In this document: positions 12,733-26,100 of the stretch, one piece after another
Numbering within the stretch: position 1 is the stretch's first letter
How the letters are laid out: each line of letters opens with the position of its first letter
Assembly (NCBI GenBank): GCA_044892525.1
Contig: CM097886.1
Coordinates: 136,400,001-136,464,000, forward strand
Reading direction: 5' to 3'
Length of the DNA stretch: 64,000 nt
From: Schmidtea polychroa
Lineage: Eukaryota
Made by a program: the position numbers and the translations under genes
The notes under the pieces: generated by a model
What the model saw: the letters and a program-made list of their open reading frames with translations, nothing else
The model's database searches: none
Told to the model about the DNA's origin: nothing

Positions 12733-13570
12733 CAGGGTTTCCATAATAAAAAAACTATATTTTAAAATAAAAACACCATTTTATAAAATATAAATACTAT
12801 NNNNNNNNNNNNNNNNNNNNNNNNNNNNNNNNNNNNNNNNNNNNNNNNNNNNNNNNNNNNNNNNNNNNNNNNNNNNNNNNNNNNNNNNNNNNNNNNNNNN
12901 NNNNNNNNNNNNNNNNNNNNNNNNNNNNNNNNNNNNNNNNNNNNNNNNNNNNNNNNNNNNNNNNNNNNNNNNNNNNNNNNNNNNNNNNNNNNNNNNNNNN
13001 NNNTTGTGTAAACACCAATAAATGAATTTTCAAAATAATATAATTTTTCCTTTTTTAAAAATGGTATAATATTTTAAATTATTTTTTATAGGCTTAAAAA
13101 CAGAGTTTTGGATGTTTAAAATATTTTGAAAAAACATAAATTTAATTTAGTAAATTAAATTAAACATTTTTATCAAAAATTAAAATAAGTTTAATCATTA
13201 AATATCCTTTATAATTCGCTCCAATAATAACTGCGGTTTTTTAAATACATATATAAATGTATATAAATTGATAATTATTTTTTAGATTTTATTAACCACA
13301 ATAAAACAATAACACTATTTTATAGAATCTCTTTTTTATTTATTTATATAAACATAGTATTTTTAATATCAAAAAATTTAAAAACTTGTTGTTAATTTGT
13401 TATGTAACCTCAACTTGTACGATAAAAAGGATTTAATGATGTGGGTATTAAAGTTTATTTATTTTTTTATATCAATTATATTATAATCCATGTTTTTCCA
13501 ATTTAGTTTTTTATTTTATAAAATAGTTTTTTTATTTTACAATATAGTTTTTTTTATCATGGAAACCCTG
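12733..13570. mobile_element. Tc1/mariner-type non-autonomous element (contains an N-gap)
   Basis: TA|CAGGGTTTCCAT...ATGGAAACCCTG|TA; the TIR extends through aaaaaactata. Confidence 0.8.
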
Positions 13571-13689
13571 TATTTCAAAAATAGATTTCTTTAAATAATG
13601 ACCTCAATTATTTAAATTTATAATTTGATGATAATCATTTGGAGTGACAAAACCATCATATAACAGGCAAATCATCCTGAATGTAAGTT

Positions 13690-13959
13690 GTTAAGCTGTG
13701 ATCCGCGAAGAAACAAATCAAAATAAAATTGAAGAAAAATTATAATAATTTCCATATTTCAAAAATCTGACCGTTAAATAATATTATATTGAATTTATTT
13801 AAGAATTTATTTTATTTGAATTTGTATTTTTAAATTTAAATAAAATTAATATTTGGGTGTTTGTTATTCTCCTATAAAAAATCGAAATCTTATTTGGTGG
13901 TCCGCAGATTTCAGAATTTTTACCATGTGGTCTGTGAAGTAAACGTTTAAGAAACACTG
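13690..13959. mobile_element. Right end of a Charlie/Buster-like hAT non-autonomous element
   Basis: gtggtccgcag...aagaaacactg followed by a gtctagaa target-like site. Left end not found. Confidence 0.45.
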
Positions 13960-14465
13960 GTCTAGAATATTAAACGTATGTAGTTATGTTAATTTCTCAT
14001 CAACAGAGGATATTAGGATTGCTGCGCTATTGCCATTTACAAATGTATATGCAATTATGAATTATTTTAAGTCAGTTGTGTGAGATTTTTGCTCATTTCG
14101 TTACCGTGACCGTGACTAAATATGATGTTCAAAAAAAATTTTGTGTTGGTTGACTTTCTTAAAATCCTTGCATGTCACTTTTTATTTCATTTTATTTCTG
14201 AGATCCCTCATTCAAATCGAGGTCGAAAACCTCAAAAAAGGTTGTATAGTTAATTTCTTTAAGGATTACCTCACAAAAAGACATTTTTGAAAATAAATTA
14301 GATTTTGATGCGGTAACGAAAGTGTTAATGATTTGTTTTTTTTATTTTATAATGACTAGATGATTTTTTTGTAATCTTTCTTGATGTTCTTATTCCCCAC
14401 TTTCATATAAATTTGTTACATTATGGATGTTAGGCATAAATTCAATGTATATTTTATATATTATT

Positions 14466-14590
14466 ATAAGAACTTTTTTCAATTTTCACCTCTGATTTCT
14501 TTTCAATTGACATTGTATTTATTAAAAACTTGACTCTGAATCAGTAAAAATATCAATGTTTTTTTTATATTCACGAATTTTCAGTACAAT
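14466..14590 (-). repeat. PLE family-1 3' end fragment
   Basis: ataagaacttttttcaattttcacc..tgat...ttcacgaattttc, same as 2621-2730, 11476 and 55604. Confidence 0.7.
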
Positions 14591-15124
14591 TTTTTTTTAT
14601 TTTTTTTGTTTTAATATTTTTTTTTTATTTTTTTTTATTATATTTTATTATTATTGCGAATAAAGAGAATAATTATCGTGTTCAGCGTCAAATTAAAAAG
14701 TATAAAGTGCCAGGAATAAATAATTGATGGTTTGATATCAGCTTTATTTCAACATATTACAACTAAAATATGTAATTATTATAAATATGTTATCATTGGT
14801 GATACTCATGGCATTTATAGTGTTAGGCAGGATTAATAAATTAGGAAAGAAAATTTAGGAAAAACTATTTTAAAGGCAGAAAAAAATACATTTCCCCATG
14901 ATTTGTTTAGCATATTCTATTAAAAATGTTATAACTCACGCGGTTAGATGTCGTAAATAGCAGTTTTTTGTTAAATTGAAAATCTTTTTCAATCCGCAGA
15001 TTTCAAAATCTGAAATCCTGAGATTAACATACTGTAATTATTTCATTAATCTCCAAAAATGTTTTCATTGAGACTATTTGCTCAATTGTATATCCAATTG
15101 ATTTCTTAAAATTACTTTTTTCAG

Positions 15125-15802
15125 AATCTAGATGACCATTTGGACACTGATTTAAGAACTGAAACCTCCACAGATCAAACTATTATAACTTCAACGTTCG
15201 TTTCTCCAATTATTGATACCACTTTTACAGAGCCTCTAAATTCAAGACCTGATGTTTCATCCTATTTACGGCGTGTTTTCGTTCCTCAGTTTCGTCATCG
15301 CGGTAGATACTTAACTCCAAATATTCCGACTTCTTCCAGAGACATAAATCAATATTTACGTAATGAAATTACAAGATCAAACACTCACCAGGCTTCGAAT
15401 AACAATTTTGGATTAACTGATTCTGCTACTTATTTGCCGCCAGTTCGTAGAATGTCTTCCGGTTCATATATACAATCAGCTATCTATGAATCCAATCGCA
15501 ACATGTCTAACTCTAATCAACCNNNNNNNNNNNNNNNNNNNNNNNNNNNNNNNNNNNNNNNNNNNNNNNNNNNNNNNNNNNNNNNNNNNNNNNNNNNNNN
15601 NNNNNNNNNNNNNNNNNNNNNNNNNNNNNNNNNNNNNNNNNNNNNNNNNNNNNNNNNNNNATCTTTCAGTTATGTTAATCGACCTGAAAATGCTTCAAGA
15701 AATAACGATTTGCTCAGTTTAGAATCATTTCCTCGAACCCATTCAGTTGGTTCAACATTGAATAGCTTTCTAAGAGCTTGTGGTTTAGAAGAAGTACGAC
15801 AG
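15125..15802 (+). CDS. RNF38/44-like E3 ligase, internal low-complexity exon (contains a 138-nt N-gap, frame preserved)
   Basis: ttttttcag|AAT CTA... open frame to CAG|GTAAAC; phase 0 at both ends. Confidence 0.75.
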
Positions 15803-16289
15803 GTAAACCATTGTCTATTGTCAATATTATAAAGTAAATCATTTAAAAATTGCTTATTTGTGTTTTGAGATCTAACACTGCTGTTGCTCTATGTTAAAAA
15901 GAGAAATAGAATAAATATAAATATTAGATTGCTGTAAAAGTGATAGCGGTATTTTACGACAAACTTGAAATCAATCAGTTTAGCACAAATACACATTTAT
16001 CACTCGAAATAACATCCATTACAATCATCACGCTTTTACCAACGAGCAATAATCGTTCGAGATCCCGGACTTAGTCGTATAGAAATATGAGGAATATTAT
16101 TGAACATAAAAACTTTCCAAAAGAACAACAGATTTAAAACGGTTCTAAAATGCTGTGGGAGTTTTGATAATTATCCGAAAGGAGTATGTTATGATGCATT
16201 GTTGATTAGATCACAATTCCTTTCACTTAAATTTACAAACTGTGTTACTCTCATCTATGAATGTCGAATTTTTGGAATCCAAAAATTCT

Positions 16290-16870
16290 CGTAAGGCATT
16301 TTCTGTGCAAGAAGTTTTCAAAATGCTTGAAAAAATGTTAGTCAGTTGTCGTAAGGTGAGGCTGTACTTCGTAGTTTTCTTTTGTTCCAGCCACTGACCT
16401 GATTGTTGGTTGTTGTTTTTCGTCGCATGTCATAATCCTATCGAGAAATGGGCTGTTCATGTTGTGCAAAAGAAGTGAAAATGACGCTTCGTTACTGTGA
16501 TTTTTTTTGATTTTCGCTCAACTCGTGACGCACTCAATTAACGAACTTTTTCGCTTTTTCAATTTGCTTGAGATAGCGAACGACAGAGTTTTCTCAACGT
16601 TGAGTTCTTCAGCAACCTTTCTTGTAGTTTTAAGCTTGTCAGATTCGATTGTCAACTTCCTATGGCCTTTGCTTCGTTCTTCATTTTCAAGGCTCTCATT
16701 TCCGCACCACCACAGCAACGTACATTCTTTGCAGTTCCTGGGTTTAATGTATCGTTGATATTGTAATCTGTATCTTCTGCTTTATGGCCTCTTTTGAAAG
16801 ACAAGAAAATTGCTCGAGTTTGTTTTTTGTCTATCAATAAACTCAAAATTATGTGATCATTTTTTATCAT
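16290..16870 (-). mobile_element. Degenerate, internally deleted Hsmar1/cecropia-like mariner
   Basis: DKKQTRAIFL..FKRGHKA, ESLENEERS, TTRKVAEELNV, HELSENQK and TD*HFFKHFENFL resemble the mariner transposase; frameshifts and stops. Confidence 0.8.
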
Positions 16871-18537
16871 GAAGTTTGTGGATATAACCGCCGGTATTTT
16901 GCTTTTATCGTGTGATTTTGACTGTATACCCCTAGCAAGTGTGTGTGTGTGTGGATTCGTCGGGCTATATATACACTTTTCTGCTTATAGCAGATTGAAT
17001 TTGTAAATGATGTATACAATAAGTGGTTAGTTCAACAATAATTTCAACTTCTAAAGCCAATTTTGTCTGTTTATGTTCCATTTTATTGCCATCATCACCG
17101 AATTTTTCTTCATCGGGATCAATTTCATTTCATTCTATGAAATTATTATTGTGATATCTTTGACGTATAAATTTACGGAATCTGTAGAGGTTATGGTTAA
17201 GGTTTGGGTAAAAATTTATTAAGGTAAATGGTATATTAAAATTTCTAAACTTTTTTTAAAATTTGTCTGGATAGAGGGGATTCCACTGTAATAGGAAAAT
17301 GAATAAAAATGTTTGATTATTAATTCAAAATAAAACCTTTTAAAGGTGAAAATGAGTACCAAATGAATAAGCAAAGTAATTATAGTAATTTTATCAATTA
17401 AAAAAAAAATTTTAATTTTAAATGTATAAAAATAAATGATTAATAAATGAATCAACATTTTATTAATATAGTGTAGTATTGACTAAAAGTATCATAAAAT
17501 AAACGATAGCAAATAAAAGTATATGTGGCATGACACTATTACATATGATTTGATGGTGCACAACTTATACGTGGTTGGATAGTGGTCCTTGAAATTGAAA
17601 AGGTAGGGTGCAAATTCTTTGAAAATATGAAGGATGTCACAGAAAAATTTAGTTTTATCACAATTAAAAAATGGTTCCATGTCAAAGTTTCAAATGCAAA
17701 TTTTTTTAATAGATTTTATTACTTTAAAAGCTGTTAATAATTTATGCTATATCTAGAGAGCGGATTTTGTCTTCAAGGAGCTCTCAGCTTAATAAATGTT
17801 AAATCTTGACACCAATCGGACCACTTCTCATTATTTCGAGTTGTATTTGAACATTACTAAATATATGTGAAAAAGAATTGTGACAACCTAAACTGTCATT
17901 CGAAATCTATATAGCTTATATACATAAATTATAACTTTTTAAAAAATTTATCATTAAATTTGTTTGTATTAAAATGAAATTGTAATAACGTTTTTTTTTT
18001 TGAAATTTTAGGACTCCTTTGATCTTGGTAAGTCATCATATTATACAATATCTCTTTCACATATTTGACTATATTCCAAGCAGGAAGCAACTTATAAATA
18101 CCACCTAATTGACTTAAAGAGTGGAAGAGCAATAGAAACTTTCGGATAAGGTTGAAAGTTGGCCTCAAAATAGCTTAACAAAGTTTAGCACGTGTTTCAA
18201 AGCTCCAAGCAATATACAGTATAGTAAACCATACCGGAAAAAATATTAATAAACAGTAGGAAATATATAAAATTTCACTTTAGGGTTGGTTGTTTAACTA
18301 CAATATATTGAAGGTTATAAAGAATCATTTTTCTTCAAATTTTTATTATGGAAAAATTGCCGTTGACGTGGGATAATTTTTATATAAAAATTTTTAACAC
18401 AATCGGGATCCAGTTTCTCTCTTAGTAAATCTCGTTTTCTTTTTTAATCAAATTTTATGGATGAACGAATTATTAATTTTCTTCATTTTAATGCGGATAA
18501 TGAAGCTTATGTTAATTTAAATTTCATTCCATTTCAG

Positions 18538-18963
18538 CGCAGACGAGCCGAAGAAAATGCCGCATCAGGTCAACACGATATCCATTCCATTTTAAATTCT
18601 AATCCACAACAAATGCATCCTTTAATGAGATGGTCAGAACGGAACTTCCTCAATGTAATGCTCGACCATCGATCACCATCACAATTCACTCATCCGTTCA
18701 CGATGTATGAATCTCAAGGTAATATGGAAAGTGTGATTCAGTTGGCTCTACATTTGGAAACATCATGGCGGGGAATAAATCCCAGTGAATTGGCACAATT
18801 GCCATGTCATTACTATAAGAATGATTTGAATGTGTCTAACACAGATCTTGAAAAGCAAGACAAATGTATGGTTTGCTTGGAGGAGTTTCTGGAAAATGAC
18901 CACTTGCGAACTTTGAGTTGTAGTCATCAATATCATGTCATATGTGTCGATAAATGGCTCAAG
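18538..18963 (+). CDS. RNF38/44-like E3 ligase, exon with most of the RING-H2 domain
   Basis: ccatttcag|CGC..., RGINPSELAQLP...CMVCLEEF...LRTLSCSHQYHVICVDKWLK|GTTATT. Confidence 0.9.
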
Positions 18964-19634
18964 GTTATTCATTATTTTAATGCTTAATATAGAATAATAA
19001 GAATTATTATTATTATTACAAGGGGCTCCTCCCCTGTTCGCTTCGCTTCACCAACCCCGTTAGAACGCTGGAAATAATAGCAGGAAATGATAATCAAATC
19101 AAAGTTTGAAGAANNNNNNNNNNNNNNNNNNNNNNNNNNNNNNNNNNNNNNNNNNNNNNNNNNNNNNNNNNNNNNNNNNNNNNNNNNNNNNNNNNNNNNN
19201 NNNNNNNNNNNNNNNNNNNNNNNNNNNNNNNNNNNNNNNNNNNNNNNNNNNNNNNNNNNNNNNNNNNNNNNNNNNNNNNNNNNNNNNNNNNNNNNNNNNN
19301 NNNNNNNNNNNNNNNCCCTTAGCTTTNNNNNNNNNNNNNNNNNNNNNNNNNNNNNNNNNNNNNNNNNNNNNNNNNNNNNNNNNNNNNNNNNNNNNNNNNN
19401 NNNNNNNNNNNNNNNNNNNNNNNNNNNNNNNNNNNNNNNNNNNNNNNNNNNNNNNNNNNNNNNNNNNNNNNNNNNNNNNNNNNNNNNNNTTGATTAAAAC
19501 AATCACCAAATTTTCAATTAAACTTTGTGACTGTTATCAGAAATCGATTATTTTTTGCAATTACGTTTTTCACACGAATAAATTGACGTCCATTTTTATA
19601 TATGACAGTAAGGAATAATATTTAATTATTATAA

Positions 19635-19646
19635 TTATTATTATTA

Positions 19647-19707
<61 letters not shown>
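19635..19707. repeat. (ATT)n microsatellite
   Basis: Direct reading. Confidence 0.95.
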
Positions 19708-19708
<1 letters not shown>

Positions 19709-20529
19709 TTCTATGACATATAAATTTTTCATATTAATATTAATTCTATGATTCCTATTTTTTTAGTTATACAATAATAATACCAGTGTAGAATCATTTA
19801 TCTTCACTTACTTTTCGACTTTTATAAAAACCATTGATCTGTTGTAGAAAACTATCTTCTAGATTTCAGCAATATGCAACTTTCAACATGTATAATATTT
19901 TCCCTAATTAATATTTCACAACTTTTTTCATCTTCTAATTTTGAAATAATTATATATGAGCTTTTTTCCCCATTGACTTCCATTGTTTTTGCTATTTTCA
20001 TAAATTTTGGCTTGGAAGTATTTTTATAATTTCATTTTTTTAAATATTAATTTTTATAAAATTCCAAATTTTCACATTTGTTGTTATTATTATTATTAAT
20101 CGTAAAAATAGAATTTGAATCATGTGTTTATTTAGCTATTTTCAAATTGTTTTGTAAACTTTTATTATGTATGTTTGAACAAATTGTAATCTACATGGTT
20201 AATCCAATGGAATTGCGATGCACAATTATCTGTGTGTGTGTGTGTGTTCGTGCGCATTTGTTTTCCCCAATCAGATGTAGGTGGCAGAAGTTATTGTTTA
20301 TTCTTTAATAATATTTGAATTAAATACAAAAATTCATTTTTTGGCAATTGCACTTTGGTTTTCCATTTTTCTAAAATAGAATTATGCTACTAATTATAGA
20401 TTTTTATATACTTTGATGTATTAAATTTTATTAATCGTTTTGCGTAAGTAACAATTTTTTATCACGTTTTTGAAATTACAAATTAGAGGTCAAAAATACA
20501 TAAATTTATTATGGTAGAATATATAAAAT

Positions 20530-20940
20530 TAACAGTCGACTATACATAAAATCATATTTGGAGTAATCAAGTAATCTCTGTAAAATCCTTTATCTTCGAT
20601 ATCATTTATTGACTATTTTCCAATTCTTTGACAACACCAGCGTTATAACAAGCGGAATGTGTTATCTTCATGATATATCTTCCCTAAATGTCTTGACATT
20701 GTACAGTTGGCCAGTACATTTCATATAATATCACGTAATTTGCCTCTTAAGAAAAACATGAAAATGCTATTTGTTTCTTTCTTTAAACTTAATCCTGTCG
20801 AAATTAGTTGAAAAATAATTTTTAAGTGTTCATTTAATTGATCTATACCAACTCTGATTTATCACAGTTTAATCAAATGAAAAATAACCCACCATAAGTC
20901 AATTTTGGCAGTAATTACATAGGAAACCTTTTTGTCTATT
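20530..20940 (-). mobile_element. Highly degenerate Charlie/Buster (ZBED5/8-like) hAT transposase fragment
   Basis: Interrupted frames give KGFLCNYC, LKNYFS, IPL... and RILQRL...SK, resembling the N-terminal region; many stops. Confidence 0.4.
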
Positions 20941-21846
20941 TTCTTTGACAGAATGTAAAATAGTTTATTTCCGCCAGACGTGATCATGACATTCACTAAT
21001 TTAATTTTTTTTAATTTATTAATTCTTATTAATTTTATTTAATCAAAATTTTAATCCAATGAAATGATAGAAAATGAATTTCAAATAAGAACTAAAAAAG
21101 CAATTGAAAATTGAAACACTTAAATTCTGAGAAATTGAAAAGGATTATCTAATATTCGAAAATTTTTTCATTCAATAATTTGCAACAAAAGACTTATCTT
21201 ATCATATTTACTTCTTCAACTTTTAATTTATGCTGCTACCAATAAACCATCATTTTATTATTATTATTAGAAAGAGGCCATCTAATATGTGTTTTACAAT
21301 ATATTTCGGTAGTTTATTATCATCATCAGGTATTATAGAAAATTCTTTAGATATATTATAGATTTATTAGACGAATTACAAAATAAATATTTAATTATTT
21401 ATTTTTATTTTAAAATAATTATAATCATCATTTGGTATGTATATATAAGCAAAAATTCAAATCAATAAGTTATATTTAAAAAAAATTTAATATTTAAAAT
21501 AGTACAACAGTTTTAAAATAATAAAAGTATTTGAGTATAAATTATTCATTGTAAAAGTTTATATTTTAAAATTACTTAATTTTAAAAATATTTATATATA
21601 ATATTTAAGATAACATTGAAATAAAGATGTCGTTGTGGTATAAAATTAAAGTAATGAATTATTAACGAAATAACGCTTCAGAAAGAGTCACTAATTTATG
21701 TTACTTAACGAAAATTGATATATAGTCATAATGAAAATAAGTGAAATTTGTCTAAGTCATATTTTTTTACCATCGACCTATTTTCATTTTCTATTTCTTT
21801 TAACTTCATTTTTACTCAGATCAATATAAGAATTATTAAATCTATA

Positions 21847-21920
21847 CAGGGCCGTAACAAGGGTGGTGCGAGCGGTGCATTTGCACAGGGCGCAAATCTG
21901 AAAAGAGCGCAAAATTGGGA
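21847..21920 (+). mobile_element. Isolated hAT-type left end
   Basis: CAGGGCCGTAACAAGGG...GGTGCGAGCGGTGCA...GCACAGGGCGC, a typical GC-rich hAT terminus. Confidence 0.4.
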
Positions 21921-23097
21921 TGTACTAATTTTTTTATGTCACCAAAAAATGAAAAAATATAAATAAAAATAATAAATGACATGACGAAAAAAAACGACAT
22001 CCCAGCTAGCCTATCTTTAACATTACTGGTTGGACTGATCCATTAGCGTGCCTTCGTAGGTGTGCATTTTATAAAATGTTAGTCTAAAAAATGGGTTCCT
22101 GTCATTTTTTCAATTAGCAAGAGTAGATCAATAAATTTGTGCATTTCTTGATATATAGTCAATATATAAATGAAGAGAAAATTAATTTTAATTGATTTTA
22201 AATTTAATTATTTGATTACTTGGAATTCCGGGTAACTAGAACAATGATTCTTACATATTCAATGTCAGTCATACTTTAAGTATAAGTATTTTGATAAAAA
22301 TAAGTCATGAATTGTCATAAAAATGAAAATGATTTCTCCAGGAAGCAGATATTTTTATTATTAAAGAGATTCACTTAGTTTGTTTGATAAAATTCTAGTG
22401 CAAAAAACTGAGACCTGTTTACAAAACGAGACAATAAATCACAGTTTAATCTGAATTCATTTGAATTGTCGTTCATGGAATTTGTAGAATTAATGGATCG
22501 GTTTAGGACAGATTCACTTTATCCTCAACTTTAATCGTGCACGCGCGACGTATTGAAACCTGTGCATTATTAACATTGATTCACAAGTCACTCCATAAAT
22601 TTCTATAGGAAACAGTCGACAAATTAGTGGGATATGTTGCCTTCTTCTCTTTACGTGACATAAATGATTCTATTTCAAACAGAATTAGTCACTCATTTTC
22701 AGTACAAATATAGGAATTTCTCTAACTCTTATTTCTCCACTTTTCTATTACAATTTCTTTTATTTACCACAGTGAAACATATGTAAATCGGAATAGAGTG
22801 AGAGAAATTCATAAAAAATATAGTTTTTTAATGGAAAATATGAAAACATTTCTAATGAGTAATTTATGCAATTTAATGCACTAAATATTATAAATTTATG
22901 ATTAAATATGGCGTGAAATAGTTTTTATAGTCTAAATTAACTTTATGGAATGAATGGAAAATATAAGTAATACTAATAAGTAATACTAATAAGTAATAAT
23001 AATAATAATAATAATCAAAATAATAATTCCATAGAGAAAAGTCGATTTTCAGATATCATTGAAATAAAAGTAAGCTAATTAAAATTAAAAGTTATGA

Positions 23098-23102
<5 letters not shown>

Positions 23103-23173
<71 letters not shown>
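23103..23173. repeat. (TA)n microsatellite abutting the hAT insertion
   Basis: Direct reading. Confidence 0.95.
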
Positions 23174-23174
<1 letters not shown>

Positions 23175-23176
<2 letters not shown>

Positions 23177-26100
23177 GACCCGAATTAACATCTTCGTAGG
23201 CCCTAGGCACTTTTAGCTTGGGAGACCCTCTTGCATAATTTTTTGTCAGTACAGTATCCCTAATGAAGTCAGCTATATCGCTAATTTTTAAAATGCGTTA
23301 ATAATTCCATAGTGCTTTATTTTAACAACATTTTATTTTATGAACGTTATTTTAAGAACTTTATTTTTTTCTTTATGTTGTGTTATAACACAACCGAGCG
23401 TTTTTCTACTACGCCCGAAATTGCGTATTTCGTATGTATGTATAACGTTGATGAGTATACTAATTATTATACTTTAAATGTTTTTTTCTAAGTTTAAATC
23501 CCACGTATTAAAAAAATAATCCTCCTGCAAAAATATTCAACCCGCCTGCTATGATTGCTATGGTTAATTATCAATAGCGATTTTTTACATATAGGAGTGA
23601 ATTTAAATTTGAGTATTTAGTAGCTGTGGATTTATGGTTGCAATTGTTTTTTTGTAGTACTTTTTTTACAATTAGTTTTCAGAAAAATTTAAGAATTATA
23701 ATAGTGTTTATTCTTTGTTAAAGTTATCTATAGTTATGTTATTTATAAACGATAATATTTCTGTAAATTGTAAATATTAATTATTTAAAAGTAAGTCTTC
23801 TTTTTTAAATATATAATAATTTAATAAAAATATTAATATATATGTAATTCCAAATATAAATTATTTAATAGTAAATCAAAAAACAAGTGATTTGTATCAA
23901 AAGGAATTCTAATTGAAGTACATATATTAAAAAGTTCCAGTTGTATTAACAATAATAAAAACAAGCATCTCTATATAAAATCTATAAAAGTGTAGATTAA
24001 GTATATTGTTCATAGAACTGAAATTCTTGAAGTAAGTATACATAATATTAAATATTTTCCTCTAACTATAAAAATTATATTTAGTTTAGCCAGTTTAAAA
24101 TTTAAAGAAATGTCTGACGGATATAAGAGAAAACATGAGTCAGGCTCAGAAAAGCGTAAAAAGAAAATTGTCAAAGAAGAAGCATTGAAAAACATGAAAG
24201 GTTCACTACTCAAATATATAACAGCAACAAGAGGAAATAATGAAAGCTGTTCTACAAATGTACACGAATTTATTGGACCAGAAAACCAAAATCAAAATAA
24301 AACTTCAGAACAATTATCATGTGGTAGTAGTGGTACAGAAGATATTAGTACTGATAAACAGGGCACGTATACAGGTGAGACAGAGGTAGTAGAAGGTCAA
24401 ACTTCTGCCGAAATAATTATATCTTTAGAGGATAATATAATAGAAATATCTAATGAAATATCAAAAGTTAATTTAAACTTAAAATATAATAATGATCCAG
24501 CTAATTGGGATATTACTGCTGATCTCATAAATTATTTTTCTGAAAATAAGCCTTCGCAAAATATAGATTTCAATTTTCTCTTGAAGGGTAGAAAATATGG
24601 AGACAAAACCAGATATCCACGTAAAGAATATTTTATCAGGAAATTAACAAATGGGGAAACAATCGAAAGAGACTGGCTTATATATTCTCCATCAACTGGA
24701 ACAGTACATTGTTATATCTGCAAGCTTTTCCCTAGAGTGAACGTGAACGTAATTCTCAATCAATTTAAAATTGGATTTGATGATTGGAAAAATGCAATGT
24801 CCAGGATTACATCACATGAAAAATCAAAAGATCATCTTGACGCAGTATCAGCTATGTTTCAATTACAGAAGAACAGTAAAATTGATGTAGAACTACAGAA
24901 AGAGAAAGATAAATTATGTAAATACTGGATTGAAGTTATAAAGAGAATAGTTGCCGTAATAAAATTTCTATCTGAAAGAGATTTGCCATTCCGTGGGAAT
25001 AATGAAATTCATAATTGTTCTAATAATGGAAATTATCTTGGTTGTATCGATCTTATAGCCGAATTTGATCCTTTTTTAAAGGAGCATATTCGAAGACATG
25101 GAAATCCTGGAAGAGGACATGTTTCCTATTTATCTAATATTATATGTGAAGAATTTATTGGTATACTAGAATCCAAGGTAACAACGCAGATAATATCTGA
25201 AATTAAAGAAGCGAAATATTATGGAATCAGCATTGATTCAACTCCTGATATTAGTCATATGGACCAGATTACCGTGATAATTCGGTATGTACTTAAATGT
25301 GGAAATGTGGTTGAACGATTTTTAAAATTTATTGCAATTGAACAACACGATGGAAAATATTTATTCGACATTATACGACATACTTTGGAACATCATAACA
25401 TAAGTATTGGAAATTGCAGGTCCCAATCATATGATAACGCCAGTAATATGAGCGGCATATATACAGGTGTACAAGCTAGATTTAGAGAAATAAATAAACT
25501 GGCGGAATGGGTTCCATGTGCTGCACATAGTCTTAATTTGGTGGGTTCAACTGCTGTGGAGTGTTGCCTGGAAGCAGTAAAGTTTTTTGGAATTTTAGAA
25601 GCAATATATACTTTTTTTTCCGCTTCACCACAGAGATGGTCCAAATTTAAAGACAATATGAAAGAAAATACTTGTGTTGTAAAAATTTTATCAGAAACCA
25701 GATGGTCTGTACGACATGATGCTACTAAAGCTCTATTCATGAATTATTCAGAAATTCAAAAAGCATTGTTTGAAATAACTGAAAGCGAACGTCAGCCTGC
25801 AGTGGCTGTGCAGGAAGCTAAATCTTTAATAAAAAACCTGAACAATTTTGAAACAGCATTGATGTGTGTTATTTGGAATGATTTATTGCAAAATATTAAT
25901 ATTGTCAATAAAGCTCTGCAGGAGACTGGCATAGTATTATGTACCATTGTCAAATTATTTAAAACTCTCATAGCTTACTTTCATGGTATTCGTATAGAGT
26001 TTGATAAATTTGAAACCATGGCAAAAAAACTTACAACTTCCGAATATAAACAACATACACAACGTAAACGAATAAGAAATAGATTTTTTGACGAAGTTTT